Part shown: positions 26,301 through 40,900 of the stretch, one piece after another
Position numbering within the stretch: the stretch's first letter is position 1
Layout of the letters: each line of letters opens with the position of its first letter
Source: the human T2T-CHM13v2.0 reference genome, Homo sapiens
Assembly (NCBI RefSeq): GCF_009914755.1
Contig: NC_060947.1
Direction: 5' to 3' (one strand)
DNA: 64,000 bases
Notes under the pieces: model-generated
What the model saw: the letters and a program-made list of their open reading frames with translations, nothing else
Told to the model about the DNA's origin: nothing
The model's database searches: none
Made by a program: the position numbers and the translations under genes

Positions 26301-29300
26301 CAGATTCTACAAAAAGAGTGATTCCAATCTGCTCTATCAATAGGATTGTTCAACTCCATGAGTTGAATGCCATCCTCACAAAGTCGTTTCTGAGAATGCT
26401 TCTATCTAGTTTTTATGTGAAGATATTTCCTTTTCCACCACAGGCCTCAAAGCCCTCCAAACGTCCACTTGCAGATTCTCGAAAAAGAGTGTTTCATAGC
26501 TGCTCTTTCAAAAGGAAAGTTCAACTCTGGGAGTTGAATACAAACATCACAAAGTAGTTTCCGAGAATGCTTCTGTTTAGTTTTTATGTGAAGATGATCC
26601 CGTTTCCAGTGAAATCTTCAAAGAGGTCCACATATCCCCTTGCAGATTCCAAAGAAAGAGGGTTTCAAAACTGCTCCATCAGAAGGATTGTTCAACTCTG
26701 TGAGTTGAATGCAGTCATCGCAGAAAACTTTCTGAGAATGCTTCTGTCTAGGTTTGATGTGAAGATATAGACGTTTCAAATGAAGGCTACAAAGTGGTCA
26801 AAATATACACTTGCAGATTCTACTACAAGGGTGTTGCAAACCTGAACTATCAAAGGAAGGTTCAACTCTGTGAGTTGAATACAAACATCACAAAGAATGT
26901 TCTGAGTTTGCTTCCGTTCAGTTATGGGAAGCTGATCCCGTTTCCAACGAAATCCTCAGAGAGGTCCAAATATCCCCTTGCAGATTCTACAAAACGTGTG
27001 TTTGGAAACTGCTCCATCATAACGAATGTTCAGCTCCCTGAGTTAAACTCCATCGTCACAAAGAATTTTCTGAGAGTGCTACCGTCTGGTTTTTATATGA
27101 AGTTCTTTCCTTCACTACCACTGGCCTCAAAGCGGTCCTAATCTCCACTTGCAGATTCTACAAAAAGAGTGTTTGCAAACTGCTCTATCAAAAGGAATGT
27201 TCAACTCTGGGAGTTGAATGCAATCATCACAGAGCAGTTTCTGAGAATGCTTCTATGTCGTTTTTAGGAGAAGATATTTCCTTTTCCAACACAGTCCTCC
27301 AAGTCCGCTAAATAGCCACTTGCACATTGTAGAAAAAGTGTGTCAAAGCTGGGCTATCAAAGGGAAAGTTCAACTCTGAGAGGTGAATGCAAACATCCCA
27401 AAGAAGTTTCTGAGAGTGCTTCCGTTTAGCTTTTAGGTGAAGATTATCCCGTTTCCAACGAAACCTTCAAAGAAGTCCAAATATCCCCTTGCGGATCCCA
27501 CAGAAAGAGTGTTTCGAAACTGCTGTTTCAAAAGGAATCTTCAACTCTGTGAGTTGAATGCAATCATCACAAAGAAGTTTCTGACAATGCTTCTCTCTCG
27601 TCTTTCTGTGAAGATAAATAAATGCTTTCAGGCCTTTGCCACCACAGGCCTGAAAGCGCTCCAAATGTCCACTTGCAGATTCTGCGAAAAGAATATTTCA
27701 AAACTGCTTTGTGAAAAGCAATGTTAAACTCTGTGGCTCGAACACAAACATCACAAAGCGGTTTCTGAGAATGCTTCAGTTTAGTTTTTCTGTGGAAATA
27801 TTCCCGTTTCCAAAGAAATCTTCAAAGAGGTCCACGTATCCACTTACAGATTCTACAAAAAGACAGTTTCAAAACTGCTCCATCAAAAGGAGGGTTCAAC
27901 TGTGTGAATTGAATGCAATCATCACTCAGAAGTTTCTGAGAATGCTTCTCTTTAGTTTTTACGTGAACATATACCCGTTTCGAACGAAGGCCACCCAGTG
28001 GTCCAAATATCCACTTGCAGATTATACAGAAAGAGTGTTTCGAACCTGAACTCTCAAAGGCAGGTTCATCTCTGCGAGTTAAATGCATTCATCATGAAGA
28101 ACTTTCTCAGAGTGTTTGTGTTTAGTTATGGGAAATTATTCCCGTTTCCAACGAAATCCTCAGAGAGCTCCAAATATCCACCTGCAGATTCTACCAAAAG
28201 TGTATTTGGAAACTGCTCCATCAAAAGGCATGTTCAGCTCTGTGAGTGAAACTCCATCATCACAAAGAATATTCTGAGAATGCTTCCGTTTGCCTTTTAT
28301 CTGAAGTTCCTTCCTATACGACCGTAGGCCTCAAAGCAGTCCAAATCTCCATTTGCAGATTCTACAAAAAGAGTGATTCCAATCTGCTCTATCAATAGGA
28401 TTGTTCAACTCCATGAGTTGAATGCCATCCTCACAAAGTCGTTTCTGAGAATGCTTCTATCTAGTTTTTATGTGAAGATATTTCCTTTTCCACCACAGGC
28501 CTCAAAGCCCTCCAAACGTCCACTTGCAGATTCTCGAAAAAGAGTGTTTCATAGCTGCTCTTTCAAAAGGAAAGTTCAACTCTGGGAGTTGAATACAAAC
28601 ATCACAAAGTAGTTTCCGAGAATGCTTCTGTTTAGTTTTTATGTGAAGATGATCCCGTTTCCAGTGAAATCTTCAAAGAGGTCCACATATCCCCTTGCAG
28701 ATTCCAAAGAAAGAGGGTTTCAAAACTGCTCCATCAGAAGGATTGTTCAACTCTGTGAGTTGAATGCAGTCATCGCAGAAAACTTTCTGAGAATGCTTCT
28801 GTCTAGGTTTGATGTGAAGATATAGACGTTTCAAACGAAGGCTACAAAGTGGTCAAAATATACACTTGCAGATTCTACTACAAGGGTGTTGCAAACCTGA
28901 ACTATCAAAGGAAGGTTCAACTCTGTGAGTTGAATACAAACATCACAAAGAATGTTCTGAGTTTGCTTCCGTTCAGTTATGGGAAGTTGATCCCGTTTCC
29001 AACGAAATCCTCAGAGAGGTCCAAATATCCCCTTGCAGATTCTACAAAACGTGTGTTTGGAAACTGCTCCATCATAACGAATGTTCAGCTCCCTGAGTTA
29101 AACTCCATCGTCACAAAGAATTTTCTGAGAGTGCTACCGTCTGGTTTTTATATGAAGTTCTTTCCTTCACTACCACAGGCCTCAAAGCGGTCCAAATCTC
29201 CACTTGCAGATTCTACAAAAAGAGTGTTTGCAAACTGCTCTATCAAAAGGAATGTTCAACTCTGGGAGTTGAATGCAATCATCACAGAGCAGTTTCTGAG

Positions 29301-32300
29301 AATGCTTCTATGTCGTTTTTAGGAGAAGATATTTCCTTTTCCAACACAGTCCTCCAAGCCCGCTAAATAGCCACTTGCACATTGTAGAAAAAGTGTGTCA
29401 AAGCTGCGCTATCAAAGGGAAAGTTCAACTCTGTGAGGTGAATGCAAACATCCCAAAGAAGTTTCAGAGAATGCTTCCGTTTAGCTTTTAGGTGAAGATT
29501 ATCCCGTTTCCAACGAAACCTTCAAAGAGGTCCAAATATCCCCTTGCGGATCCCACAGAAAGAGTGTTTCGAAACTGCTGTTTCAAAAGGAATCTTCAAC
29601 TCTGTGAGTTGAATGCAATCATCACAAAGAAGTTTCTGACAATGCTTCTCTCTCGTCTTTCTGTGAAGATAAAGGAAAAGGCTTTCAGGCCTCTTCCACC
29701 ACAGGCCTGAAAGCGCTCCAAATGTCCACTTGCAGATTCTGCGAAAAGAATATTTCAAAACTGCTCTATGAAAAGCAATGGTAAACTCTGTGGCTCGAAC
29801 ACAAACATCACAAAGCGGTTTCTGAGAATGCTTCAGTTTAGTTTTTCTGTGGAAATATTCCCGTTTCCAAAGAAATCTTCAAAGAGGTCCACGTATCCAC
29901 TTACAGATTCTACAAAAAGACAGTTTCAAAACTGCTCCATCAAAAGGAGGGTTCAACCGTGTGACTTGAATGCAATCATCACTCAGAAGTTTCTGAGAAT
30001 GCTTCTCTTTAGTTTTTACGTGAACATATACCCGTTTCGAACGAAGGCCACCCAGTGGTCCAAATATCCACTTGCAGATTATACAGAAAGAGTGTTTCGA
30101 ACCTGAACTCTCAAAGGCAGGTTCATCTCTGCGAGTTAAATGCATTCATCATGAAGAACTTTCTCAGAGTGTTTGTGTTTAGTTATGGGAAATTATTCCC
30201 GTTTCCAACGAAATCCTCAGAGAGCTCCAAATATCCACCTGCAGATTCTACCAAAAGTGTATTTGGAAACTGCTCCATCAAAAGGCATGTTCAGCTCTGT
30301 GAGTGAAACTCCATCGTCACAAAGAATATTCTGAGAATGCTTCCGTTTGCCTTTTATATGAAGTTCCTTCCTGTACTACCGTAGGCCTCAAAGCAGTCCA
30401 AATCTCCATTTGCAGATTCTACAAAAAGAGTGATTCCAATCTGCTCTATCAATAGGATTGTTCAACTCCATGAGTTGAATGCCATCCTCACAAAGCAGTT
30501 TCTGAGAATGCTTCTATCTGGTTTTTGTGTGAAGATATTTCCTTTTCCACCACAGGCCTCAAAGCCCTCCAAACGTCCACTTGCAGATTCTCGAAAAAGA
30601 GTGTTTCATAGCTGCTCTTTCAAAAGGAAAGTTCAACTCTGGGAGTTGAATACAAACATCACAAAATAGTTTCCGAGAATGCTTCTGTTTAGTTTTTATG
30701 TGAAGATGATCCCGTTTCCAGTGAAATCTTCAAAGAGGTCCACATATCCCCTTGCAGATTCCAAAGAAAGAGGGTTTCAAAACTGCTCCATCAGAAGGAT
30801 TGTTCAACTCTGTGAGTTGAATGCAGTCATCGCAGAAAACTTTCTGAGAATGCTTCTGTCTAGGTTTGATATGAAGATATAGACGTTTCAAACGAAGGCT
30901 ACAAAGTGGTCAAAATATACACTTGCAGATTCTACTACAAGGGTGTTGCAAACCTGAACTATCAAAGGAAGGTTCAACTCTGTGAGTTGAATACAAACAT
31001 CACAAAGAATGTTCTGAGTTTGCTTCCGTTCAGTTATGGGAAGTTGATCCCGTTTCCAACGAAATCCTCAGAGAGGTCCAAATATCCCCTCACAGATTCT
31101 ACAAAACGTGTGTTTGGAAACTGCTCCATCATAACGAATGTTCAGCTCCCTGAGTTAAACTCCATCGTCACAAAGAATTTTCTGAGAGTGCTACCGTCTG
31201 GTTTTTATATGAAGTTCTTTCCTTCACTACCACAGGCCTCAAAGCGGTCCAAATCTCCACTTGCAGATTCTACAAAAAGAGTGTTTGCAAACTGCTCTAT
31301 CAAAAGGAATGTTCAACTCTGGGAGTTGAATGCAATCATCACAGAGCAGTTTCTGAGAATGCTTCTATGTCGTTTTTAGGAGAAGATACTTCCTTTTCCA
31401 ACACAGTCCTCCAAGCCCGCTAAATAGCCACTTGCACATTGTAGAAAAAGTGTGTCAAAGCTGCGCTATCAAAGGGAAAGTTCAACTCTGTGAGGTGAAT
31501 GCAAACATCCCAAAGAAGTTTCTGAGAATGCTTCCGTTTAGCTTTTAGGTGAAGATTATCCCGTTTCCAACGAAACCTTCAAAGAGGTCCAAATATCCCC
31601 TTGCGGATCCCACAGAAAGAGTGTTTCGAAACTGCTGTTTCAAAAGGAATCTTCAACTCTGTGAGTTGAATGCAATCATCACAAAGAAGTTTCTGACAAT
31701 GCTTCTCTCTCGTCTTTCTGTGAAGATAAAGGAAAAGGCTTTCAGGCCTTTTCCACCACAGGCCTGAAAGCGCTCCAAATGTCCACTTGCAGATTCTGCG
31801 AAAAGAATATTTCAAAACTGCTCTATGAAAAGCAATGTTAAACTCTGTGGCTGGAACACAAACATCACAAAGCGGTTTCTGAGAATGTTTCAGTTTAGTT
31901 TTTCTGTGGAAATATTCCCGTTTCCAAAGAAATCTTCAAAGAGGTCCACGTATCCACTTACAGATTCTACAAAAAGACAGTTTCAAAACTGCTCCATCAA
32001 AAGGAGGGTTCAACTGTGTGACTTGAATGCAATCATCACTCAGAAGTTTCTGAGAATGCTTCTCTTTAGTTTTTACGTGAACATATACCCGTTTCGAACG
32101 AAGGCCACCCAGTGGTCCAAATATCCACTTGCAGATTCTACAGAAAGAGTGTTTCGAACCTGAACTCTCAAAGGCAGGTTCATCTCTGCGAGTTAAATGC
32201 ATTCATCATGAAGAACTTTCTCAGAGTGTTTGTGTTTAGTTATGGGAAATTATTCCCGTTTCCAACGAAATCCTCAGAGAGCTCCAAATATCCACCTGCA

Positions 32301-34961
32301 GATTCTACCAAAAGTGTATTTGGAAACTGCTCCATCAAAAGGCATGTTCAGCTCTGTGAGTGAAACTCCATCATCACAAAGAATATTCTGAGAATGCTTC
32401 CGTTTGCCTTTTATATGAAGTTCCTTCCTATACGACCGTAGGCCTCAAAGCAGTCCAAATCTCCATTTGCAGATTCTACAAAAAGAGTGATTCCAATCTG
32501 CTCTATCAATAGGATTGTTCAACTCCATGAGTTGAATGCCATCCTCACAAAGTCGTTTCTGAGAATGCTTCTATCTAGTTTTTATGTGAAGATATTTCCT
32601 TTTCCACCACAGGCCTCAAAGCCCTCCAAACGTCCACTTGCAGATTCTCGAAAAGGAGTGTTTCATAGCTGCTCTTTCAAAAGGAAAGTTCAACTCTGGG
32701 AGTTGAATACAAACATCACAAAGTAGTTTCCGAGAATGCTTCTGTTTAGTTTTTATGTGAAGATGATCCCGTTTCCAGTGAAATCTTCAAAGAGGTCCAC
32801 ATATCCCCTTGCAGATTCCAAAGAAAGAGGGTTTCAAAACTGCTCCATCAGAAGGATTGTTCAACTCTGTGAGTTGAATGCAGTCATCGCAGAAAACTTT
32901 CTGAGAATGCTTCTGTCTAGGTTTGATGTGAAGATATAGACGTTTCAAACGAAGGCTACAAAGTGGTCAAAATATACACTTGCAGATTCTACTACAAGGG
33001 TGTTGCAAACCTGAACTATCAAAGGAAGGTTCAACTCTGTGAGTTGAATACAAACATCACAAAGAATGTTCTGAGTTTGCTTCCGTTCAGTTATGGGAAG
33101 TTGATCCCGTTTCCAACGAAATCCTCAGAGAGGTCCAAATATCCCCTTGCAGATTCTACAAAACGTGTGTTTGGAAACTGCTCCATCATAACGAATGTTC
33201 AGCTCCCTGAGTTAAACTCCATCGTCACAAAGAATTTTCTGAGAGTGCTACCGTCTGGTTTTTATATGAAGTTCTTTCCTTCACTACCACAGGCCTCAAA
33301 GCGGTCCAAATCTCCACTTGCAGATTCTACAAAAAGAGTGTTTGCAAACTGCTCTATCAAAAGGAATGTTCAACTCTGGGAGTTGAATGCAATCATCACA
33401 GAGCAGTTTCTGAGAATGCTTCTATGTCGTTTTTAGGAGAAGATATTTCCTTTTCCAACACAATCCTCCAAGCCCGCTAAATAGCCACTTGCACATTGTA
33501 GAAAAAGTGTGTCAAAGCTGCGCTATCAAAGGGAAAGTTCAACTCTGTGAGGTGAATGCAAACATCCCAAAGAAGTTTCTGAGAATGCTTCCGTTTAGCT
33601 TTTAGGTGAAGATTATCCCGTTTCCAACGAAACCTTCAAAGAGGTCCAAATATCCCCTTGCGGATCCCACAGAAAGAGTGTTTCGAAACTGCTGTTTCAA
33701 AAGGAATCTTCAACTCTGTGAGTTGAATGCAATCATCACAAAGAAGTTTCTGACAATGCTTCTCTCTCGTCTTTCTGTGAAGATAAAGGAAAAGGCTTTC
33801 AGGCCTTTTCCACCACAGGCCTGAAAGCGCTCCAAATGTCCACTTGCAGATTCTGCGAAAAGAATATTTCAAAACTGCTCTATGAAAAGCAATGTTAAAC
33901 TCTGTGGCTCGAACACAAACATCACAAAGCAGTTTCTGAGAATGCTTCAGTTTAGTTTTTCTGTGGAAATATTCCCGTTTCCAAAGAAATCTTCAAAGAG
34001 GTCCACGTATCCACTTACAGATTCTACAAAAAGACAGTTTCAAAACTGCTCCATCAAAAGGAGGGTTCAACTGTGTGACTTGAATGCAATCATCACTCAG
34101 AAGTTTCTGAGAATGCTTCTCTTTAGTTTTTACGTGAACATATACCCGTTTCGAACGAAGGCCACCCAGTGGTCCAAATATCCACTTGCAGATTCTACAG
34201 AAAGAGTGTTTCGAACCTGAACTCTCAAAGGCAGGTTCATCTCTGCGAGTTAAATGCATTCATCATGAAGAACCTTCTCAGAGTGTTTGTGTTTAGTTAT
34301 GGGAAATTATTCCCGTTTCCAAAGAAATCCTCAGAGAGCTCCAAATATCCACCTGCAGATTCTACCAAAAGTGTATTTGGAAACTGCTCCATCAAAAGGC
34401 ATGTTCAGCTCTGTGAGTGAAACTCCATCATCACAAAGAATATTCTGAGAATGCTTCCGTTTGCCTTTTATCTGAAGTTCCTTCCTATACGACCGTAGGC
34501 CTCAAAGCAGTCCAAATCTCCATTTGCAGATTCTACAAAAAGAGTGATTCCAATCTGCTCTATCAATAGGATTGTTCAACTCCATGAGTTGAATGCCGTC
34601 CTCACAAAGTCGTTTCTGAGAATGCTTCTATCTAGTTTTTATGTGAAGATATTTCCTTTTCCACCACAGGCCTCAAAGCCCTCCAAACGTCCACTTGCAG
34701 ATTCTCGAGAAAGAGTGTTTCATAGCTGCTCTTTCAAAAGGAAAGTTCAACTCTGGGAGTTGAATACAAACATCACAAAGTAGTTTCCGAGAATGCTTCT
34801 GTTTAGTTTTTATGTGAAGATGATCCCGTTTCCAGTGAAATCTTCAAAGAGGTCCACATATCCCCTTGCAGATTCCAAAGAAAGAGGGTTTCAAAACTGC
34901 TCCATCAGAAGGATTGTTCAACTCTGTGAGTTGAATGCAGTCATCGCAGAAAACTTTCTGA
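14396..34961. repeat. Tandem duplication of 5 HORs, period 10,283 bp (H8-H12 / H13-H17)
   Basis: Rare variants recur exactly 10,283 bp apart: aaaaggtgtg 14655/24938, ggtcctaatc (truncated 115 aa ORFs at 16511/26794), cctcttcc, gatatgaag, gatacttcc, aaccttctc, gccgtcctc, and cgagaaag 24426/34709. Breakpoints are approximate to within a few hundred bp. Confidence 0.92.
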
Positions 34962-37900
34962 GAATGCTTCTGTCTAGGTTTGATGTGAAGATATAGACGT
35001 TTCAAACGAAGGCTACAAAGTGGTCAAAATATACACTTGCAGATTCTACTACAAGGGTGTTGCAAACCTGAACTATCAAAGGAAGGTTCAACTCTGTGAG
35101 TTGAATACAAACATCACAAAGAATGTTCTGAGTTTGCTTCCGTTCAGTTATGGGAAGTTGATCCCGTTTCCAACGAAATCCTCAGAGAGGTCTAAATATC
35201 CCCTTGCAGATTCTACAAAACGTGTGTTTGGAAACTGCTCCATCATAACGAATGTTCAGCTCCCTGAGTTAAACTCCATCGTCACAAAGAATTTTCTGAG
35301 AGTGCTACCGTCTGGTTTTTATATGAAGTTCTTTCCTTCACTACCACAGGCCTCAAAGCGGTCCAAATCTCCACTTGCAGATTCTACAAAAAGAGTGTTT
35401 GCAAACTGCTCTATCAAAAGGAATGTTCAACTCTGGGAGTTGAATGCAATCATCACAGAGCAGTTTCTGAGAATGCTTCTATGTCGTTTTTAGGAGAAGA
35501 TATTTCCTTTTCCAACACAATCCTCCAAGCCCGCTAAATAGCCACTTGCACATTGTAGAAAAAGTGTGTCAAAGCTGCGCTATCAAAGGGAAAGTTCAAC
35601 TCTGTGAGGTGAATGCAAACATCCCAAAGAAGTTTCTGAGAATGCTTCCGTTTAGCTTTTAGGTGAAGATTATCCCGTTTCCAACGAAACCTTCAAAGAG
35701 GTCCAAATATCCCCTTGCGGATCCCACAGAAAGAGTGTTTCGAAACTGCTGTTTCAAAAGGAATCTTCAACTCTGTGAGTTGAATGCAATCATCACAAAG
35801 AAGTTTCTGACAATGCTTCTCTCTCGTCTTTCTGTGAAGATAAAGGAAAAGGCTTTCAGGCCTTTTCCACCACAGGCCTGAAAGCGCTCCAAATGTCCAC
35901 TTGCAGATTCTGCGAAAAGAATATTTCAAAACTGCTCTATGAAAAGCAATGTTAAACTCTGTGGCTCGAACACAAACATCACAAAGCAGTTTCTGAGAAT
36001 GCTTCAGTTTAGTTTTTCTGTGGAAATATTCCCGTTTCCAAAGAAATCTTCAAAGAGGTCCACGTATCCACTTACAGATTCTACAAAAAGACAGTTTCAA
36101 AACTGCTCCATCAAAAGGAGGGTTCAACTGTGTGACTTGAATGCAATCATCACTCAGAAGTTTCTGAGAATGCTTCTCTTTAGTTTTTACGTGAACATAT
36201 ACCCGTTTCGAACGAAGGCCACCCAGTGGTCCAAATATCCACTTGCAGATTCTACAGAAAGAGTGTTTCGAACCTGAACTCTCAAAGGCAGGTTCATCTC
36301 TGCGAGTTAAATGCATTCATCATGAAGAACTTTCTCAGAGTGTTTGTGTTTAGTTATGGGAAATTATTCCCGTTTCCAAAGAAATCCTCAGAGAGCTCCA
36401 AATATCCACCTGCAGATTCTACCAAAAGTGTATTTGGAAACTGCTCCATCAAAAGGCATGTTCAGCTCTGTGAGTGAAACTCCATCATCACAAAGAATAT
36501 TCTGAGAATGCTTCCGTTTGCCTTTTATCTGAAGTTCCTTCCTATACGACCGTAGGCCTCAAAGCAGTCCAAATCTCCATTTGCAGATTCTACAAAAAGA
36601 GTGATTCCAATCTGCTCTATCAATAGGATTGTTCAACTCCATGAGTTGAATGCCATCCTCACAAAGTCGTTTCTGAGAATGCTTCTATCTAGTTTTTATG
36701 TGAAGATATTTCCTTTTCCACCACAGGCCTCAAAGCCCTCCAAACGTCCACTTGCAGATTCTCGAAAAAGAGTGTTTCATAGCTGCTCTTTCAAAAGGAA
36801 AGTTCAACTCTGGGAGTTGAATACAAACATCACAAAGTAGTTTCCGAGAATGCTTCTGTTTAGTTTTTATGTGAAGATGATCCCGTTTCCAGTGAAATCT
36901 TCAAAGAGGTCCACATATCCCCTTGCAGATTCCAAAGAAAGAGGGTTTCAAAACTGCTCCATCAGAAGGATTGTTCAACTCTGTGAGTTGAATGCAGTCA
37001 TCGCAGAAAACTTTCTGAGAATGCTTCTGTCTAGGTTTGATGTGAAGATATAGACGTTTCAAACGAAGGCTACAAAGTGGTCAAAATATACACTTGCAGA
37101 TTCTACTACAAGGGTGTTGCAAACCTGAACTATCAAAGGAAGGTTCAACTCTGTGAGTTGAATACAAACATCACAAAGAATGTTCTGAGTTTGCTTCCGT
37201 TCAGTTATGGGAAGTTGATCCCGTTTCCAACGAAATCCTCAGAGAGGTCCAAATATCCCCTTGCAGATTCTACAAAACGTGTGTTTGGAAACTGCTCCAT
37301 CATAACGAATGTTCAGCTCCCTGAGTTAAACTCCATCGTCACAAAGAATTTTCTGAGAGTGCTACCGTCTGTTTTTTATATGAAGTTCTTTCCTTCACTA
37401 CCACAGGCCTCAAAGCGGTCCAAATCTCCACTTGCAGATTCTACAAAAAGAGTGTTTGCAAACTGCTCTATCAAAAGGAATGTTCAACTCTGGGAGTTGA
37501 ATGCAATCATCACAGAGCAGTTTCTGAGAATGCTTCTATGTCGTTTTTAGGAGAAGATATTTCCTTTTCCAACACAATCCTCCAAGCCCGCTAAATAGCC
37601 ACTTGCACATTGTAGAAAAAGTGTGTCAAAGCTGCGCTATCAAAGGGAAAGTTCAACTCTGTGAGGTGAATGCAAACATCCCAAAGAAGTTTCTGAGAAT
37701 GCTTCCGTTTAGCTTTTAGGTGAAGATTATCCCGTTTCCAACGAAACCTTCAAAGAGGTCCAAATATCCCCTTGCGGATCCCACAGAAAGAGTGTTTCGA
37801 AACTGCTGTTTCAAAAGGAATCTTCAACTCTGTGAGTTGAATGCAATCATCACAAAGAAGTTTCTGACAATGCTTCTCTCTCGTCTTTCTGTGAAGATAA

Positions 37901-40900
37901 AGGAAAAGGCTTTCAGGCCTTTTCCACCACAGGCCTGAAAGCGCTCCAAATGTCCACTTGTAGATTCTGCGAAAAGAATATTTCAAAACTGCTCTATGAA
38001 AAGCAATGTTAAACTCTGTGGCTCGAACACAAACATCACAAAGCAGTTTCTGAGAATGCTTCAGTTTAGTTTTTCTGTGGAAATATTCCCGTTTCCAAAG
38101 AAATCTTCAAAGAGGTCCACGTATCCACTTACAGATTCTACAAAAAGACAGTTTCAAAACTGCTCCATCAAAAGGAGGGTTCAACTGTGTGACTTGAATG
38201 CAATCATCACTCAGAAGTTTCTGAGAATGCTTCTCTTTAGTTTTTACGTGAACATATACCCGTTTCGAACGAAGGCCACCCAGTGGTCCAAATATCCACT
38301 TGCAGATTCTACAGAAAGAGTGTTTCGAACCCGAACTCTCAAAGGCAGGTTCATCTCTGCGAGTTAAATGCATTCATCATGAAGAACTTTCTCAGAGTGT
38401 TTGTGTTTAGTTATGGGAAATTATTCCCGTTTCCAAAGAAATCCTCAGAGAGCTCCAAATATCCACCTGCAGATTCTACCAAAAGTGTATTTGGAAACTG
38501 CTCCATCAAAAGGCATGTTCAGCTCTGTGAGTGAAACTCCATCATCACAAAGAATATTCTGAGAATGCTTCCGTTTGCCTTTTATCTGAAGTTCCTTCCT
38601 ATACGACCGTAGGCCTCAAAGCAGTCCAAATCTCCATTTGCAGATTCTACAAAAAGAGTGATTCCAATCTGCTCTATCAATAGGATTGTTCAACTCCATG
38701 AGTTGAATGCCATCCTCACAAAGTCGTTTCTGAGAATGCTTCTATCTAGTTTTTATGTGAAGATATTTCCTTTTCCACCACAGGCCTCAAAGCCCTCCAA
38801 ACGTCCACTTGCAGATTCTCGAAAAAGAGTGTTTCATAGCTGCTCTTTCAAAAGGAACGTTCAACTCTGGGAGTTGAATACAAACATCACAAAGTAGTTT
38901 CCGAGAATGCTTCTGTTTAGTTTTTATGTGAAGATGATCCCGTTTCCAGTGAAATCTTCAAAGAGGTCCACATATCCCCTTGCAGATTCCAAAGAAAGAG
39001 GGTTTCAAAACTGCTCCATCAGAAGGATTGTTCAACTCTGTGAGTTGAATGCAGTCATCGCAGAAAACTTTCTGAGAATGCTTCTGTCTAGGTTTGATGT
39101 GAAGATATAGACGTTTCAAACGAAGGCTACAAAGTGGTCAAAATATACACTTGCAGATTCTACTACAAGGGTGTTGCAAACCTGAACTATCAAAGGAAGG
39201 TTCAACTCTGTGAGTTGAATACAAACATCACAAAGAATGTTCTGAGTTTGCTTCCGTTCAGTTATGGGAAGTTGATCCCGTTTCCAACGAAATCCTCAGA
39301 GAGGTCTAAATATCCCCTTGCAGATTCTACAAAACGTGTGTTTGGAAACTGCTCCATCATAACGAATGTTCAGCTCCCTGAGTTAAACTCCATCGTCACA
39401 AAGAATTTTCTGAGAGTGCTACCGTCTGGTTTTTATATGAAGTTCTTTCTTTCACTACCACAGGCCTCAAAGCGGTCCAAATCTCCACTTGCAGATTCTA
39501 CAAAAAGAGTGTTTGCAAACTGCTCTATCAAAAGGAATGTTCAACTCTGGGAGTTGAATGCAATCATCACAGAGCAGTTTCTGAGAATGCTTCTATGTCG
39601 TTTTTAGGAGAAGATATTTCCTTTTCCAACACAGTCCTCCAAGCCCGCTAAATAGCCACTTGCACATTGTAGAAAAAGTGTGTCAAAGCTGCGCTATCAA
39701 AGGGAAAGTTCAACTCTGTGAGGTGAATGCAAACATCCCAAAGAAGTTTCTGAGAATGCTTCCGTTTAGCTTTTAGGTGAAGATTATCCCGTTTCCAACG
39801 AAACCTTCAAAGAGGTCCAAATATCCCCTTGCGGATCCCACAGAAAGAGTGTTTCGAAACTGCTGTTTCAAAAGGAATCTTCAACTCTGTGAGTTGAATG
39901 CAATCATCACAAAGAAGTTTCTGACAATGCTTCTCTCTCGTCTTTCTGTGAAGATAAAGGAAAAGGCTTTCAGGCCTTTTCCACCACAGGCCTGAAAGCG
40001 CTCCAAATGTCCACTTGCAGATTCTGCGAAAAGAATATTTCAAAACTGCTCTATGAAAAGCAATGTTAAACTCTGCGGCTCGAACACAAACATCACAAAG
40101 CGGTTTCTGAGAATGCTTCAGTTTAGTTTTTCTGTGGAAATATTCCCGTTTCCAAAGAAATCTTCAAAGAGGTCCACGTATCCACTTACAGATTCTACAA
40201 AAAGACAGTTTCCAAACTGCTCCATCAAAAGGAGGGTTCAACCGTGTGACTTGAATGCAATCATCACTCAGAAGTTTCTGAGAATGCTTCTCTTTAGTTT
40301 TTACGTGAACATATACCCGTTTCGAACGAAGGCCACCCAGTGGTCCAAATATCCACTTGCAGATTATACAGAAAGAGTGTTTCGAACCTGAACTCTCAAA
40401 GGCAGGTTCATCTCTGCGAGTTAAATGCATTCATCATGAAGAACTTTCTCAGAGTGTTTGTGTTTAGTTATGGGAAATTATTCCCGTTTCCAACGAAATC
40501 CTCAGAGAGCTCCAAATATCCACCTACAGATTCTACCAAAAGTGTATTTGGAAACTGCTCCATCAAAAGGCATGTTCAGCTCTGTGAGTGAAACTCCATC
40601 ATCACAAAGAATATTCTGAGAATGCTTCCGTTTGCCTTTTATATGAAGTTCCTTCCTGTACTACCGTAGGCCTCAAAGCAGACCAAATCTCCATTTGCAG
40701 ATTCTACAAAAAGAGTGATTCCAATCTGCTCTATCAATAGGATTGTTCAACTCCATGAGTTGAATGCCATCCTCACAAAGTCGTTTCTGAGAATGCTTCT
40801 ATCTAGTTTTTATGTGAAGATATTTCCTTTTCCACCACAGGCCTCAAAGCCCTCCAAACGTCCACTTGCAGATTCTCGAAAAGGAGTGTTTCATAGCTGC

